Virus record (IMG/VR): IMGVR_UViG_3300046532_001046
Coordinates: 36,419 to 100,418 of that record
Length of the DNA: 64,000 bases
Source of the DNA: a virus
Reading direction: 5' to 3' (one strand)
The translations under genes were made by a program, and so were the position numbers. The notes under the pieces are model-generated. The model saw only the letters and a list, made by a program, of their open reading frames with translations. It was not told the origin of the DNA and made no database searches. Positions 54,915 through 64,000 of the stretch are shown one piece after another (position 1 is the first letter of the stretch; each line of letters opens with the position of its first letter).

Positions 54915-56582
54915 TTAGTCTTCTGTGGGAATACGGCGCTGGGCGAACCTCGCCCCGTATGCCCGTTGTATCAAGTTGTCTAACAACCCTGCGTCCGCAC
55001 CGGGGGCAGCAACGCCGGGGAGTACCCCACCATCTTCTTCCCCATTGGACGCTCCGCCGGGTGGTGCAGCCCCATCGGGGGGTAGCATTCCAGTGGCGGC
55101 AAAAACGGCCTGCATGATCTGGGCGTTGAACATCTCCAACGTGCCAGCATCCATAGCATCTTCCATCTGCTCCTCAAACACCTCTGCCATCTTCTCGTTC
55201 GGGAACTCTTCCCCGAGAATCTGGAGGGCTCCACGCTTAGACTCAAGGCCCAGAGCAAGTTTGGCTTGGATTTCGTTCAAGGAAATCAGTACGTCAACTG
55301 GCAAGGGATCAGGCCAGTGGACAGTGGTCATATAGGTGAGGGGGTCTGTGGGATCAAGTTCAATAGCGTTATCCTTCTCTGGCATTTCAGAGACAGACGC
55401 ATCGAACACCAGTAACTGAGGCTCAAAGATAGCAGCGGTACGGATAACCAGTTCGTTGACCTTCTGCAATCCCCTAGTGAAGTGTACCTTCTTCATAGTA
55501 TAGCGATTCATCATAGGCTGATACTGAATAGCCAATGCGACGCCGCTGGTATTGGAAATGGGCTGGGTCTGACCAAGTGCAGTTTCAGGCACACCAGTTA
55601 GTTCGTGCATCGTGCGCTTGATGTGCTGAATGTACTCAAGCGCACCTGACATCTCCCCCCGTGATTCAAGGTTGAAGACGTTGCTATCCTTGGGCAACCC
55701 AGCCCAAACCTTCTTAGGACCTCGTTCCAACTGACTCGCCTTGGCTCCGGTGATGATGGTAACCGGGGCAGCGTGGTAGTTGATGATGTCTGACACCTCT
55801 GCCATCTTCTCGTTCAACTCTCGGTTGAGCGGAATGATGTCCCAGATGTCACTCTGTCCCCACGGGGAGGACGAAATGGTGGTATTAGGAATGTGAACGA
55901 CAGGAATATGCCCAATGGCATTGGGGTAGGTGTCCACCAACTCGTCGTTGATGTACTGCTCCACGGTATCGTCAGTGATGATCTCGGTGAACGTGTAGAC
56001 CTGACGAGTACCCTCTGAAGCCGTCCCCCAGAACCGGTACTTCAACTTAAAGCGAAGTAGGCGGGTCCTGTCGTGTGGATGGTATTCTGGGAAGCAGTGG
56101 GCCGGATTAAGGGGGAGAATGCGAATCTTACCCGCAATAGGAATGCCAATGGGGTCCACGTAGGGCTCCTCATAGGCAACCTTGACGAAGCAATCCCCAG
56201 TGACAGATGCCAACTGGCCCATCTCCCACAGGGTGTGTTCCTTGTTGTTGTGCTGTTCCCACACCTTGTTGAGCAGATGGGGGATAATAGCGTTGTTCTG
56301 TTCCGGGGTGCGGAACTGTACGGCCTTACCAAAACAGAAGTTAGTGATGTAGTCCGACAGGGTGCGGACATAGTTCAGATAGAACTGGGACTCACCGAAC
56401 TCTCGGCGGTACGCCCAGTGGTGTCCGAGGTACCACGCCCACGCTGCTGAATAGCGATTCAGGCGTGGGCCGTGGACCTCAAACTCCTCATCGGCCAGTT
56501 CAACTAAGCCGAGCGGTGAGATTGCAACCGTTAGATCACTAGCCGAGGCCCTATAGGACGGAGACCAGAAATCAACAGCCAT
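54915..56582 (-). CDS. Portal protein (SPP1 gp6-like)
   Basis: YLG.H, NY......., G..SVTGD, IPVVHIPN....PWG.SD, SGVAL; synteny. Confidence 0.9.
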   Translation of the reverse strand: MAVDFWSPSYRASASDLTVAISPLGLVELADEEFEVHGPRLNRYSAAWAWYLGHHWAYRREFGESQFYLNYVRTLSDYITNFCFGKAVQFRTPEQNNAIIPHLLNKVWEQHNNKEHTLWEMGQLASVTGDCFVKVAYEEPYVDPIGIPIAGKIRILPLNPAHCFPEYHPHDRTRLLRFKLKYRFWGTASEGTRQVYTFTEIITDDTVEQYINDELVDTYPNAIGHIPVVHIPNTTISSSPWGQSDIWDIIPLNRELNEKMAEVSDIINYHAAPVTIITGAKASQLERGPKKVWAGLPKDSNVFNLESRGEMSGALEYIQHIKRTMHELTGVPETALGQTQPISNTSGVALAIQYQPMMNRYTMKKVHFTRGLQKVNELVIRTAAIFEPQLLVFDASVSEMPEKDNAIELDPTDPLTYMTTVHWPDPLPVDVLISLNEIQAKLALGLESKRGALQILGEEFPNEKMAEVFEEQMEDAMDAGTLEMFNAQIMQAVFAATGMLPPDGAAPPGGASNGEEDGGVLPGVAAPGADAGLLDNLIQRAYGARFAQRRIPTED

Positions 56583-56655
56583 AAAGGATCACACCTGAGG
56601 TAAGACTACGTAGCAACTACTCAATACTATACACCATCTGTGGTGTCTGAGTAGG

Positions 56656-56862
56656 TCAGTCGGCCAATGAGGCCGTGCCCTTCGTCCCCAACTTGGAGGC
56701 CAAAGCGCCCTTCAATACTGAGATAGCGGCAGCAACACCCGCACCAGCCATCATCTTCCACTGATCAACACCAAGGTCAAACATTGAGTTGGAGGTCATG
56801 GCGCCGAGTGAGGCCTGAACAAATGTGGCTAGAACTCTCTCTACTAGATCCTTCGTAATCAT
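56656..56862 (-). CDS. Holin (r1t-like)
   Basis: KDL.ER...TF.QA, two transmembrane segments, A..SVLK......G...SL. Confidence 0.8.
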   Translation of the reverse strand: MITKDLVERVLATFVQASLGAMTSNSMFDLGVDQWKMMAGAGVAAAISVLKGALASKLGTKGTASLAD

Positions 56863-56891
56863 ATGCAACATTCCTTGATCGGAAATAGGAC

Positions 56892-56921
56892 TTGCTTTCC
56901 CATAGGGTCAGCGGCTACTAT
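56892..56921 (+). promoter_or_regulatory. Plus-strand sigma70-type promoter
   Basis: TTGCTT-N18-TACTAT, same geometry as P1-P5. Confidence 0.6.
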
Positions 56922-56955
56922 TATACATGAGCCAGATGAACCAAGGAGCGAAACC

Positions 56956-57204
56956 ATGCCCGGAACGGAAAGTACGGTAGTGACTGATCCCCTAGAAACA
57001 TACCCTGATCAGGCACTTATCGCCAAAATATCGACTGACCTTGTCAACAAGTTTCAGTACGGATGGCTGGAACACTACTTTGAGGTGTTCCTCTCCGACA
57101 CGGTGGAGCGGTTGGTCGTTGACCACAACAAGGTCCTAAAGGGGATCGCTGAAGACCTGACTGTGGCTGTGCTGGTCTACCTGACCAACAACAAGTTGAT
57201 CTAG
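56956..57204 (+). CDS. Small helical hypothetical protein, the only convincing plus-strand gene
   Basis: AAGGAG RBS 7 nt before ATG 56956, own promoter, stop overlaps the convergent gene's stop. Confidence 0.7.
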   Translation: MPGTESTVVTDPLETYPDQALIAKISTDLVNKFQYGWLEHYFEVFLSDTVERLVVDHNKVLKGIAEDLTVAVLVYLTNNKLI

Positions 57205-57785
57205 GTACCGCCGAACATCCAGCCGCGCTGGTTGTCGGACTCGCGCTCCACAATAGGCTGGTCGGTGTCTAGGGGGTCTCTGCTGCTCTCCCACCGATCA
57301 GCCTCACCTTCTACAAGCACATGCCCCGGAGCAATGTTCTTCGGGTGATTGGGGTTGTACTCAGTGGTGAAGTTTGAGCGTTGGAACGAAGCGATCTGGT
57401 TGTTCTCTTTCGCAAAGGTGCGTGAGTCACTAAACCCATCTGGCGATTCAGGGAACTTACGAGATACATCCAAGTAAGCCTCTCCTTCACTCCAGCCCCC
57501 AACTAGAGAGTCCAATCCAGTTAGAGCGTCCAGATGCTTCGGTGAGTTGATGTACGTGGCTAACTGCTCCTTGCCGAATGACTCAAGGGCGTGCTTCTGC
57601 TCGTGGCCCTCTTTTGAAACAAAGACACCCACCTCAGGACGCTCTCCGGTGCGGGGATCAACCGATAGCCCCCCCTCCTCGTGCATCTCCCGAACGACCT
57701 CGTCTGGGTTGATGCGCTCATAGACTGCTGGACCACTCATGTCCACCGGGTCATTGGTGGATAGGTCAGTGGGGGTATCAGACAT
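57201..57785 (-). CDS. Hypothetical acidic protein
   Basis: GG.SV...G..P..G..VS, GGW...YLDVS, A.EN.Q.A.F motifs; probable leaderless ATG 57785. Confidence 0.7.
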   Translation of the reverse strand: MSDTPTDLSTNDPVDMSGPAVYERINPDEVVREMHEEGGLSVDPRTGERPEVGVFVSKEGHEQKHALESFGKEQLATYINSPKHLDALTGLDSLVGGWSEGEAYLDVSRKFPESPDGFSDSRTFAKENNQIASFQRSNFTTEYNPNHPKNIAPGHVLVEGEADRWESSRDPLDTDQPIVERESDNQRGWMFGGT

Positions 57786-57799
57786 ACCCAAGTGTACCA

Positions 57800-58951
57800 T
57801 TACTTACAGTACTCTTTATCCCTGTACATGGCCCAACCATCACGAATCGTCACCATCTCAAGGTTGAACCTGCCGTCCCCCTCTTCGTACTGAACCACGC
57901 AGAGGCCCTGTTGCCAGTTCTCGTGTCTCATCAAGGGCCTGCCGTCTAAGTCGGTGCCCCCCCTAGTGGATGGCACCGCTCCGTCGATTCTAGCCAAGCA
58001 GCCGGGTGACGCTGCGACGACAGTCCGAGGACCGTCATAGTCTTCCCGAGTCATCTCTGCCCACTCACGACGATGTATATGTCCATAGAGTACCGATACC
58101 TTCTCACGGTTCAGGTAGGCATGAGCGGTACTACCATTAGACCTGACCATGTCGCCGTGGATGACCTTGATGTGCTCATTGATCCACACACAGGAAGCGG
58201 GGTACCCAGCAAGGTACTCAATGTCGAAGTCGTCCAACCTGCACAGGCCGGGGACACTTAGAACCGGCCAACTTTCTGGGCGAGAACCGACACGGATACC
58301 GAAGGCTGCGGCAGCGTTGTCCAACATGAAGTTGGTCAGCCTCTCCTCGTGATTGCCCGCCAACCACTTGATCTCAGCATGGGGAGCAGCAGCCCTCAAC
58401 TGGGCGCAAATCTCTGTGGCCCGGTCCACCGATGCTTGGGTGGTCTGTTGGAAGGCTGGAGCCAGACGGTATTTACCCAACTCTGGGAGGTCCAGATTGT
58501 CTCCGACCAGCACCAGCAACTCGGGCTTGATGTCGGAGACCATTGCCACAGCCAACGCTATGGCCTCCTCGTCGTGAGTTCCCTCCAGTTCCCCATCCTT
58601 GTTTCGGAAGTACCCGATCTGCATGTCGGGTAGTACGACACAGGTCTTTAACGCCGTCTTCTTTTTGGTGGGGGTAGCACCCTTGGGAAGTTTGATGATG
58701 GGTCCGGGGTGGATGACGGGCCACTCCGGGCCCGCTTCCCACGATGGCGAAATCTGAATACCAACCAGATCATGTATCTGAGCCTCACCATCGGCGTCCT
58801 TCGTTAGAGACTGGTACAGGGACACCTTCTTGATGTCCCCAATCTCCTCTAAGTCTATATTATGCCGATCCAATAGGTCGGCCAGTTTGCCTAGGGCCTG
58901 CTTGGGTGGTCCGTTGCTCAAGCGTTTAGATAGTTCGCTGGCCGTACTCAC
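57800..58951 (-). CDS. Calcineurin-like metallophosphoesterase
   Basis: PDMQ, GDNLD, GNHE, HG, GHIHR. Confidence 0.85.
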   Translation of the reverse strand: MSTASELSKRLSNGPPKQALGKLADLLDRHNIDLEEIGDIKKVSLYQSLTKDADGEAQIHDLVGIQISPSWEAGPEWPVIHPGPIIKLPKGATPTKKKTALKTCVVLPDMQIGYFRNKDGELEGTHDEEAIALAVAMVSDIKPELLVLVGDNLDLPELGKYRLAPAFQQTTQASVDRATEICAQLRAAAPHAEIKWLAGNHEERLTNFMLDNAAAAFGIRVGSRPESWPVLSVPGLCRLDDFDIEYLAGYPASCVWINEHIKVIHGDMVRSNGSTAHAYLNREKVSVLYGHIHRREWAEMTREDYDGPRTVVAASPGCLARIDGAVPSTRGGTDLDGRPLMRHENWQQGLCVVQYEEGDGRFNLEMVTIRDGWAMYRDKEYCK

Positions 58952-59247
58952 TGGAGTTCACCAGCGGCGTAGCAGCCACACGCCTCTCGCAAATGACGTT
59001 GAACCGTCGCTGCCGAGATGCTGTACCCCTGACTGGTAAGCACTGTCGCCAGCCATGCTGTGGAATAGACCTTACGTTGTCCATTGTTAAGATCGGATCT
59101 GATCTTATCCAACGCCTTATTCAGGGCTGTCTGCTCTTCCTCCTCCAGCCCATCGCTGAGACGAGCAAACAGGCAGTCACGGGGTCGGGGACTACGAAGA
59201 GGGGTCTCTAGGGCTTCTACAAGGGTCACGGGCTGGGCGTCCATCAA
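58948..59247 (-). CDS. Small HTH/Zn-like protein
   Basis: C...WLA.VL...G..IS...V.RH....C.C. Confidence 0.65.
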   Translation of the reverse strand: MMDAQPVTLVEALETPLRSPRPRDCLFARLSDGLEEEEQTALNKALDKIRSDLNNGQRKVYSTAWLATVLTSQGYSISAATVQRHLREACGCYAAGELQ

Positions 59248-59307
59248 GGCAAGTACTCCTTCTGCTACTACTCATGTTACACGACACAACACCTTCAGGT
59301 GAGCACT

Positions 59308-59568
59308 TCACTTCTTGGCGGGTGTCTTCTTCTTTCGGAGGGCCTTGGTAGGCGTCGTATGCCACTCCAAGTGGTTGCTCAACAACTCACCATTCTTATC
59401 CACAGACCCCTTGAGGCCCTCAAGGGCACGAGAGACGACAGAGAGTTTCTTGACGACATCGGCGTGGTCCCGACGGTTCTCACTACGAAGGCTACGTAGC
59501 AGGACTCCCAGTACACCAAAGGTACCAGTGACCAGTGCCGCCACGACGAGTCCCCATGCTTCGGTCAT
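59308..59568 (-). CDS. Single-pass membrane protein with coiled coil (lysis-associated?)
   Basis: N-terminal TM, ENRRDH, HLEWH. Confidence 0.65.
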   Translation of the reverse strand: MTEAWGLVVAALVTGTFGVLGVLLRSLRSENRRDHADVVKKLSVVSRALEGLKGSVDKNGELLSNHLEWHTTPTKALRKKKTPAKK

Positions 59569-60884
59569 CAGGCCCTCGCAAACCCCGGCAACTGCGGGGT
59601 GCTCTTGCTGTCAGACTCCCCCGCCCTTGCCTCTGATTGTTCAAGGTTAAACGCGCTGTCAGCCCCTGCCTGAACTCGGCCCTCAGTCCACGCCACTTCC
59701 TGAGCCATCACCGCTGGCATAGCGATGTTCTCTCCAAACTGGTTGAACGAAACAGGCCCCATCTTGGCGGCGGCACGTCTGGTAGCCATGTTCTGAATGG
59801 CATGGATCACATCATCAGGTCTGATGTTGTCAGCATGGCCTATGTCCTCCTGAAGAATACCTAGATCGGTCTTATTCAAGCGGGCTGGGTCCTGAGGGGC
59901 TGACTTGTCCACCAAGCGTTTAGCAGGCTTGGCACTCGCCCCTCCTACGTCTGTGTACTTCAGGGGTTGACCAGTACCAATGGCTTGCATCCACGTATCT
60001 TCAGCAGTAGTTCTGTCAGGTGACATCATGGATTCTCGTGGGTAATCCCCCGGTTCAGCCTTGTCAAACATCAACATGCCTTGGTTGGGGTCACCGTGGA
60101 CCATGTGGTGGGAGGCCCCCATATAATCCAAGTGTTCAGGCGTATCAGGTACAGCATCTCTAATACCCAACTGGTACGACTTTGTTTTAGCACCACGATT
60201 CACTTGCTCAGGAGGAACTTCCCCTCGCAACGCACCAATAGCCCTCGCTTGGTTCTGCACGGTGCTACCACCAATGTTGGTTGTAGCCAACTGGTCAGTA
60301 GTGGCGTCAGCCACAGTTAACCTCTGTCCGGGGGTAGTGCCTGCTCGGTCATAGGTCTTGGGTTGAAACTCATCCTTGACCTGTACTACTGTCTGCTCAG
60401 AACCTAGCGCAGAATGAATACTCCTAAGATTGGGAATCTCATCTGCTTTGGGGTCAGATTGGGGACTCAGTCCTGCTGAAGCCGCAGACGCCACGTCAAT
60501 AGATGTTCCGGGGGTTGCATCACGGACATCGCTGTGGTGCCCAAAGTACCAGCCAGCCCCTCGTAGGTTAGCGCCCGCTTCCTGAGCACGTACAACAGCG
60601 GACTTGATCAAGTTCGCCCGATTATTGCTCATCCTCTCAACCGTCCACGGGTTGTCCTTGACAACCGGGGCTATCCGTTTAAGGGTAGCCTCTTGGCGAG
60701 CAGCCTTGAGCCTTCCAGCAGGCGTGGACGACGACAGTTTCCTACGACTTGCTTCTTCGATATTAGGTATTAACCGACTAGTTACAGTCGCCCCATACTC
60801 TTTATGGGAGTCCCGTGCTTTCTTAAGACTCTTTTTGGGGAGATCCTCGGCCATCAGAGGGTACTCGTTGTCCCTCCAGACCAT
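59568..60884 (-). CDS. Hypothetical protein, possibly HhH-glycosylase-like fold
   Basis: G..WY, A.LSPQ, KT.SY, T.EDTW, Q.VAW motif series. Confidence 0.55.
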   Translation of the reverse strand: MVWRDNEYPLMAEDLPKKSLKKARDSHKEYGATVTSRLIPNIEEASRRKLSSSTPAGRLKAARQEATLKRIAPVVKDNPWTVERMSNNRANLIKSAVVRAQEAGANLRGAGWYFGHHSDVRDATPGTSIDVASAASAGLSPQSDPKADEIPNLRSIHSALGSEQTVVQVKDEFQPKTYDRAGTTPGQRLTVADATTDQLATTNIGGSTVQNQARAIGALRGEVPPEQVNRGAKTKSYQLGIRDAVPDTPEHLDYMGASHHMVHGDPNQGMLMFDKAEPGDYPRESMMSPDRTTAEDTWMQAIGTGQPLKYTDVGGASAKPAKRLVDKSAPQDPARLNKTDLGILQEDIGHADNIRPDDVIHAIQNMATRRAAAKMGPVSFNQFGENIAMPAVMAQEVAWTEGRVQAGADSAFNLEQSEARAGESDSKSTPQLPGFARA

Positions 60885-60911
60885 GATCTACCTCCCCAGT
60901 GTCAGAGAGGG

Positions 60912-61346
60912 TCAGTCGTTGACGCGAACAGCGCTCGGTCGGTTCATGTGTGCGCCAGAGTTGAAGGAACGCTCAAACTTGGGCATTCCATCTCCAGCCA
61001 CGACACCCTGAACGAACTCTCCAAGGACCGACGGAGCCTCAATCCAAGAGGCAGAGCCGACGTGGGCACGTTCTGCCATCGTCTGCTCGGCGGGCTTGTA
61101 GAACATCGCCGGGTTGTTGTGGTTAGCGCGACCGGGGGCCGAGGAGCCGTCCACCTGAGCGCCAACAGCGAAGTCATTGGGCACGTCAGTATCGGTAGCG
61201 ACACCCTCTTCAAAGCGAAGCGGGCCACGCTGCATCGGGATGTCGGGTCCGAGAACACGCTCAAACCCGTGGCTACCAACCTCGGGTCCGCGTTCAGGGA
61301 ACTGCGCTGCGGGAGCGATTGTTGAGTTTACTGCATTAAGAGCCAT
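60912..61346 (-). CDS. Conserved-type hypothetical phage protein
   Basis: GGAGG RBS; RGPLRFEEGVATDTDVP, ERAHVGSASW. Confidence 0.75.
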   Translation of the reverse strand: MALNAVNSTIAPAAQFPERGPEVGSHGFERVLGPDIPMQRGPLRFEEGVATDTDVPNDFAVGAQVDGSSAPGRANHNNPAMFYKPAEQTMAERAHVGSASWIEAPSVLGEFVQGVVAGDGMPKFERSFNSGAHMNRPSAVRVND

Positions 61347-61393
61347 GAAATCCTCCGGGGAATACGGGTAGGTACCTGACCTCTATAATACCA

Positions 61394-62971
61394 CTAAACG
61401 AAGAATGGGTTTTCAGCAACGGATACAGTTGGCATGACATCGTGTACTGTGAGACAGCAGGCCAAGGCTAGGCTGTCTGGGTAGTCATCGAAAGCCCCCC
61501 GTTCCTCAGGGGCTTCAGCAAGCAGATAGGGTCCTCGGTTAATCCGTTCTAGGTCTACCATCTGCTGGTTAAACTTCTTCCAACGCCGGGTTCTCTTAGC
61601 CTTTGAGTGCCCCGGAATGACCAGTTGGTCTCGCTGAATCAACTCGGTTAGGTGTACCCAACGCTCATTCTGTGCTTTTGAGTCTGAAGAAAGCCCCAAC
61701 ACTTCTATGTCTGGCAGAAGCAGGGCCAGACGCTCGGACACGGCTCCCCCCACGCCTTGGGCGTCAATCCCGACACGCAGAACGTCATAGTTACGCACGA
61801 AGTCCACGAGTTTGAAGTACTGAGACTCCCAGTCCGTATCATGTATTTCCAGCCAGTTCAGGACCCGATGCTCAAAGAACCCCAAACCATCGGGGTGATC
61901 CCAGTCAACCCACACAGCCGTGGCGACTGTGGAATCGTTGGACCGAGCCACGTCGATGCCAATGACAATGGGAGTACGCCACCACTCTGGAACCAGTTGC
62001 ATGGAGGTGTCATACAGACGGTCCAGACGCTCCTCAGTGACGAACATCCCCTTCTCAAGCATCCAGTGGTTGAGGTAGGACATGCGAAACTCGTCTGAGT
62101 CCTCCCCAATACGCACCTTCTCCTTTCTAATGAACTTGCCGTAGTTCTCGTTGTACTTAGCCGCTACGGTCCAGTCATACTCAAAGTGAGACGTGCGCTG
62201 CCCACGCTTCTTGTTGATGTCCCGACGTTTATTAAACTGAATCATCTTGTAGAAGTACGACTTGTTACGAGTAGCAGTACCAGTTAGAGCAATGGTGCCA
62301 TTGTTGAACGCCAACATGGGCTTGATTGACTTGGCAATCACAAACTCGTCGGCTCCCTGCGCCTCATCCACAACAGCGAAGTGGTACGTCTTCGACTCAA
62401 TCTTGGCCTTGGGGTTGCAAGTCTGCATCCGACAGAGTGACCCGGAGTTCTTCAGCGAGACAATCTTGCCCTTACCTCGTGCTCCACCTGACGAAGCCTT
62501 GTCGTCAATCTCCGGGTCAAGCAGGAACTCCAAGGCATGATCACTGGTTAGCCGGGAAACAATACGACTAAACACGGTGTCCGCCTGATCTTCAGTGGGA
62601 GCAAACACCCCGCACCAGAAACCCTTGCTGAACTTAGACAGCCACACGGGATAAATCTTGGACAGTTTGGGAAGAATAACCATCATGGAGGCAATGACGT
62701 TGGACAACACCTCTGATTTGCCACTCTGGCGGGTGGCTATGAGGGTCAGTTCTTCACCGTCTCCGACAACAACAGACTCAATGAACCTGTAGGCTATGGG
62801 AATCTGATAAGGGAAGAACTCTACACCACAGAACTCCTCTGTGAACAATACTAACTTCTTAACCAACTCAGAGACAAACTCATTGGATGCTTCATCCAGT
62901 TCAACATCAATGTCCAACTCGGGGATGTCATCAAAGCCCGCCTGTTCCTCAGTTTCGGTAGCGACACTCAT
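61394..62971 (-). CDS. terL: Terminase large subunit
   Basis: PYQ, TRQSGKS Walker A, VVDEAQ Walker B, TGT, GIDVAR, DDYPDS nuclease motifs. Confidence 0.95.
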   Translation of the reverse strand: MSVATETEEQAGFDDIPELDIDVELDEASNEFVSELVKKLVLFTEEFCGVEFFPYQIPIAYRFIESVVVGDGEELTLIATRQSGKSEVLSNVIASMMVILPKLSKIYPVWLSKFSKGFWCGVFAPTEDQADTVFSRIVSRLTSDHALEFLLDPEIDDKASSGGARGKGKIVSLKNSGSLCRMQTCNPKAKIESKTYHFAVVDEAQGADEFVIAKSIKPMLAFNNGTIALTGTATRNKSYFYKMIQFNKRRDINKKRGQRTSHFEYDWTVAAKYNENYGKFIRKEKVRIGEDSDEFRMSYLNHWMLEKGMFVTEERLDRLYDTSMQLVPEWWRTPIVIGIDVARSNDSTVATAVWVDWDHPDGLGFFEHRVLNWLEIHDTDWESQYFKLVDFVRNYDVLRVGIDAQGVGGAVSERLALLLPDIEVLGLSSDSKAQNERWVHLTELIQRDQLVIPGHSKAKRTRRWKKFNQQMVDLERINRGPYLLAEAPEERGAFDDYPDSLALACCLTVHDVMPTVSVAENPFFV

Positions 62972-63204
62972 TAGTCCCGCTCCACTAGTTCATCCCACAT
63001 AGCGGCAAGCATCTCTACTCGGGCGGTAACATCGTCACCACCATAGGAGTGGTTTCTCCACCTATCAAACGCCTCACCAAGGTGCATGATCTCTAGGTCC
63101 ATCCAGTCCTTTAGATCCGACGTGGTCATCTTGGTAACACGCGCAGGGCGATCAAAGGTAGCGACGGCATGGGTCTTACTGTCACCCCAAAACTTCAGTG
63201 CCAC
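62971..63204 (-). CDS. Small hypothetical protein
   Basis: TAATG coupling to terL. Confidence 0.6.
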   Translation of the reverse strand: MALKFWGDSKTHAVATFDRPARVTKMTTSDLKDWMDLEIMHLGEAFDRWRNHSYGGDDVTARVEMLAAMWDELVERD

Positions 63205-63608
63205 TCTCTAATCTCCTTTGGGTTACTGGAAAGTCTCCTACCCACCAACGAGTGGAGTAGTCCCTCTTCCTTTGTGTAGTGCTCAGAAGGCTTGCAGATC
63301 CCGACCTGAAAGGTCCGATACGGGACCACAGCCTGAATCCCACGACCAGTCCTCCACGGGTAGTCGGTTTCCCTCATAAAGGAACTCTGTATCCCGATCT
63401 TCTTTACGTCCGTCTGGCGTGTCAACCAGTACACAGGCCCCACCCCTTGTACTAGGTCCAGTGTGTTTCTCAGTACTAGCCACCAACAGATCATACCAGC
63501 CACACCAGTGCTGAGGAGCCACCACCCTCGCATAAAGGGAAGTGCAGGGAGTAGCAAGGCCCCCAGAGCCAGAGGGGAGTACCCTAGGACCCTACTTCTT
63601 AAGTTCAT
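63195..63608 (-). CDS. Membrane protein
   Basis: Two N-terminal hydrophobic segments. Confidence 0.6.
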   Translation of the reverse strand: MNLRSRVLGYSPLALGALLLPALPFMRGWWLLSTGVAGMICWWLVLRNTLDLVQGVGPVYWLTRQTDVKKIGIQSSFMRETDYPWRTGRGIQAVVPYRTFQVGICKPSEHYTKEEGLLHSLVGRRLSSNPKEIREWH

Positions 63609-63668
63609 ACCACCCCAACAGCGCTACGATCCCAGCGCAGAACAGGGCTGCCAGACTAAACCAATACA

Positions 63669-64000
63669 TCAGTTAAAGAACACACCAGCCTCATCGTTAT
63701 TACCTATCTTGGTGTACGGGTAATGGTTCAAGGTGCTGTTAACAAACTTCCCCCTAGACACCCCTTGTCCGGTCATGGATGCGTACACAGCGAAGGGTAT
63801 GCTGTCATAACGGTACTGGTCCCCGCGCTTGATAAAGCGCATGAAGATAGTGCCCAGCCCAGCGTCAGTCATGTCGTTGGGGTCGTTGGGCACGTAGCGA
63901 TACCACGCTACACGGGTACTGTTGAAGTCAACCCCGTTTACCTGTGGTGCGATAAACCCAGTTGGTTGCTCTTCTTCAGGGCCGAGTTCCTGTCGCTCCT
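63669..64000 (-). CDS. KTSC-domain-like protein (5' end outside the window)
   Basis: STRVAWYRY....F.RF.K.G..Y.Y..IP..VY..M....S.GKFVN..L. Confidence 0.65.
   Translation of the reverse strand, partial: ERQELGPEEEQPTGFIAPQVNGVDFNSTRVAWYRYVPNDPNDMTDAGLGTIFMRFIKRGDQYRYDSIPFAVYASMTGQGVSRGKFVNSTLNHYPYTKIGNNDEAGVFFN

Noticed and set aside
1-64000. tRNA/tmRNA genes, integrase, alternative genetic code
   Set aside because: No cloverleaf or T-loop in the short intergenic gaps inspected and no recombinase motifs. All three stop codons end genes and core genes are intact. A tRNAscan/ARAGORN run would be needed to be certain.

Overview
A 64-kb segment of a tailed dsDNA phage with a contractile tail (myovirus-type), almost certainly infecting an actinobacterium (WhiB-family regulator, DUF932, DUF6011-like protein, r1t-type holin, candidate leaderless genes). 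Nearly all genes lie on the minus strand. Read right to left: KTSC-like gene, large terminase, metallophosphoesterase, holin, portal, scaffold, major capsid, fibre, neck, sheath/tube, tail chaperone with a candidate +1 frameshift, tape measure, baseplate and endolysin (about 64-32.5 kb). Next is a replication/recombination module with a DnaC-like loader, DnaB, primase, SNF2 helicase, SSB, PolA, RecA, Cas4-like nuclease and resolvases (about 31.6-17.6 kb). Then SpoVS and a coupled run of small disordered proteins, three of which share a 17-residue N-terminal motif (17.6-13.1 kb). Then a possible TGT/DpdA-like gene, WhiB and a transglycosylase-like gene, and finally a GC-rich early region driven by five near-identical promoter cassettes (8.7 kb to the left end). 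The best leads are the shared-leader protein array (possible capsid-targeting/internal-protein system), the repeated promoter-hairpin-RBS cassettes, a family of hairpins with anti-SD-like loops, and a strand-biased CTTAAAGCG motif with a tandem array. I saw no tRNA, CRISPR array or integrase. Family assignments come from motif recognition and synteny only; no database search was run.
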